From NCBI GenBank assembly GCA_904063045.1, contig CAJFCJ010000017.1, positions 868,001-932,000 of the forward strand: a DNA stretch of 64,000 bases. The letters are read 5' to 3'. Source of the stretch: Dimorphilus gyrociliatus. Its lineage: Eukaryota > Animalia > Annelida. The notes under the pieces were generated by a model. The model was not told the DNA's origin. It did no database searches and saw nothing but the letters and a program-made list of their open reading frames with translations. Positions 61,188 through 64,000 of the stretch are shown here, in pieces. Each line of letters opens with the position of its first letter. The stretch's first letter is position 1. The translations under genes were made by a program, and so were the position numbers.

Positions 61188-62309
61188 ATGAGCCGGTCTC
61201 CACTGACTGATAGAACCAACTACGATTTCGTCTTAAAGTTTCTCTTAGTAGGAGACGGTGATGTGGGTAAGGAAGAAATGCTTGATAACTTTGAAAATGG
61301 AGCTTCTGATTTACCTTTTGGGTTCCCAAGCGCAAACGGTAAGAGTATTGTGACATGTAGTTCGTTTCGGATCGTTGCCCTTGCTAATTGTTTGTAAATT
61401 TCTCAGGTACTGGAAAAATTTATAAAACTAAAACAATTTTATTGGATGGAAGAAGAGTGAAATTACAATTATGGTTTGTATAAACATTTTTTCTTTATTT
61501 TAGTTACGATTCATGATTGATCTATTAAAAGGGATGCTTCCGGCCAAGGACGCTTTTGTACAATACTCCGTACATATTCACGCGGAGTGCAAGGAATAAT
61601 TTTGGTCTACGATATCACCAGCAGATGGTCATTTGATGGCATAGATCGATGGTTGAAGGAAGTTGACCAGGTATAAAATAGTTAGTCATGGGAAAAAATT
61701 ATTTAAACTTTTCGTGTTGAACAGCTGGCGCCAGGTGTACCTCGAATACTCGTCGGAAACCGTCTACATTTGGCCTTTAGGCGACAAGTTAGCGAGTTGT
61801 GTGCAGAATCTTACGCTCTCAAAAACAACATGTCATTTTTTGAAGTATGAATAACTTACCACAGCTTTCTAATAAGTCTAATTTAAACAATCTGACATAG
61901 GTTTCATCTTTATGTGATTATAATCTGACGGAATCCTTAGCAGAATTGGCAAGATTATCAATTAAAAAAAATGGTATAGAATCTAGTTGGAGTCACAATA
62001 AAGGTAAAGAATATTTTCATTTTAGAATTGAATTATTAGAACATTTATTTTTCAGTCGTTTCTCTGCAAGAAATGTGTTGTCGAACCATTGTTAGCCATA
62101 CTACAATATATGGAATAGATCATCTTCCACTACCTTTACCAATAAAAACACATTTGAAATCCTTTTTGATGGCAAACAATACACGATCGATAAATAGAAG
62201 AAAAGGTTGGACAAACGATTCAAAATCTCGATCTCTTCGTAAACGAATGCCATTAAACCCATCTTACTCACCGGCGACAAACTGTCGAAAATCGTGTTGT
62301 ATTAGTTGA
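61188..62309 (+). CDS. RAB40: Ras-related protein Rab-40 (GTPase plus SOCS box), multi-exon
   Basis: [36 protein letters not shown] box [10 protein letters not shown]...LPLPIKTHL and C-terminal CCIS. Confidence 0.95.
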
Positions 62310-62447
62310 TTATCAAGACTGATTTAAGCATTTATTATCCAACTCGAATGTTTTTTACATAGTTTCAATTTTTCGTTATATGACTGTTGTTGTCCGTTTT
62401 TTTTTTACAACATTAAAGTCTACTTTGTTTCTATTGATAATTGTTTT

Positions 62448-63634
62448 TTAGGCGTATAGTCTGACAAAGGAAAGAATTCCTGAATTCTCAAATACCATTG
62501 AATATCCTCCTGGAGAAATTAAACAAATTTATATTACAATTTAAAAATTTCGTTTTTGACTTACTTCAATCGCACCATTTTTTTTAGCATCATTTGTTAA
62601 TGAATCGAGGTTAGTATTCAATTCTGACCAGGAGGCTTTTAGGTACTGAGATGATGCTAAAGAGTTCTTACAAATGCAATATAACGATCTAGCAAGCATT
62701 TCTGTTGTTTGGTTGTGAGAGGGTTTCAATTGAGGTATGATCGCTTTAATTAGCTTTTTGCTAACAAAATCTGATTGGCGATTCCAATCTTCTTCTATTA
62801 AATTATATATGATAAATGCCGATTTTGCTATACAGCGATCTATTCCACTACTTAACCATGATATCAGAGATTGCAAACCGTTATTTTTCATAAAAAATTG
62901 GTAACCATCTTTTGTTCTTATTAATGCTAATAGAAAAAAATTTAATTAATTAAGCTTGATGAAAAAGTATACATGCTTACTTGAAACTGGCGATAAGGCA
63001 GAAGATAAAACTGTATTTGGACACGAGCTATCGTTAATAATTTCTAGAATAGTTTGGAACCATTTCTCTTCAAGGGCAACTTTTTCACCATCTGTGTTAT
63101 TTTGTACTAAAGATGATATTAATTGAAAACAAGCAATTTTAATGTCTTCGGAGCCATGCTTTAAATATTCAGTAATCATTAATGAACATCCGGAATTAAG
63201 AAATGCTGGAAAATAAGTTTCTAAGTCTTCATTTTATAATATCTTTAATTATATTACCTTTGGCTAAATCAATGTCTTCTACAAAATCTGCTATATCTTC
63301 TAAAATTTCAACTAAATCGTCCAAATTTGAACTATTATGTTTGGCTTTTAGTAAATTTATATTATGTTGTAATAATTCTAATGGGTGATTTGCTGCCATG
63401 CCTTTCATAACTTCTTGCAATATTTGTTGTCTCTGCAAAAGTACATAGCGAAATTACTTAGAGGCTAATAATATTAAAGTAATAAAATGAGCTTACCTCC
63501 TGTGGATTAGTGGACATCTCCTTCTTCGCCTCCTCCATATCTACCATGTTGTTTTCTAAGTGTTCCTGAACGGCATTACAGTGTTTCAAAAGCTGCTTAA
63601 AGTTTTGTGGATTTCTAGGGTTGTTTTCACTCAT
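62448..63634 (-). CDS. HSPBP1: Hsp70 nucleotide-exchange factor HSPBP1/Fes1-like, multi-exon
   Basis: N-terminal PQNFKQLLKHC, LEDIADFVEDIDLAK, SSLVQNN, ALSPVS and armadillo-like helices. The last exon EDIQWYLRIQEFFPLSDYTP* ends at 62448. Confidence 0.8.
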
Positions 63635-64000
63635 AGTTACAATTATTAAGCTACTATAACTATAATCTTTATCTTAAAGTAAAATTGAAATAGAAAATTC
63701 TAGAATCGAGTGGAACTTTTATTCGTCGTGATCAGGGTTCATAGTCAAATTTTTTAATTATAGAATCAACACATAGCCATAACCAGTTTATGATCTCCAT
63801 ACATTGCAGATGGCGTTGCAACATGTTGCACAACACTAGTCCATTTGTTGCACAATAAAATGAAAGTATGGGAACATTTAAAGGCTCTATAAATTGCCTG
63901 AGAGAATAGTTTTAGCTCAATTAGAGATAGGAAACAGAAGAGAAAAATGGCATTAAGCACAAGAGAGGCTCTGAGAAGATGCCTTCAAACCACTGATATA

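Noticed and set aside
63766-64000. Short ORF 63766-63960 (-) and a possible plus-strand start MALSTREALRRC at the window edge
   Set aside because: No recognisable homology, and too little sequence to decide.
1-64000. CRISPR arrays, prokaryotic operons, tRNA/rRNA genes, transposase or reverse-transcriptase ORFs
   Set aside because: None seen. The DNA is spliceosomal-intron-containing animal sequence with no regularly spaced repeats or transposon coding motifs.

Overview
AT-rich, very gene-dense animal genomic DNA with about 21 protein-coding loci and 1 pseudogene in 64 kb. Most introns are only about 50-100 nt and several long genes are nearly intronless. The gene set (MAP2K5, IQCH, CCDC138, DCUN1D3, a KCBP-type kinesin-14, vertebrate-like SNAP-25 exon boundaries) and the architecture suggest a compact-genome lophotrochozoan such as a miniaturised annelid; this is inference only. 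Gene order: BRE1/RNF20 (partial), Amt, EGR, GTPBP3, KCBP-like kinesin-14, PRDX6, a putative mitochondrial double-HotDog thioesterase-like gene, EIF2B3, MAP2K5, IQCH, SNAP25, CCDC138, DCUN1D3, SMC5, MTHFD2 (with a nested antisense orphan ORF), RUFY, insulin receptor, a decayed DDHD1 pseudogene, BMP type-I receptor, RAB40 and HSPBP1. The most striking structure is invisible in the ORF track. The single SNAP-25 gene has three independent pairs of alternative coding exons: two N-terminal exons, two tandem 49-nt mutually exclusive exons and two terminal exons. A perfect 14-bp intronic inverted repeat brackets one of the mutually exclusive exons, and that exon replaces the synaptotagmin-interface residues K40/D51/E52. 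Exon coordinates were read by eye from GT-AG boundaries and reading frame. No database searches were run.
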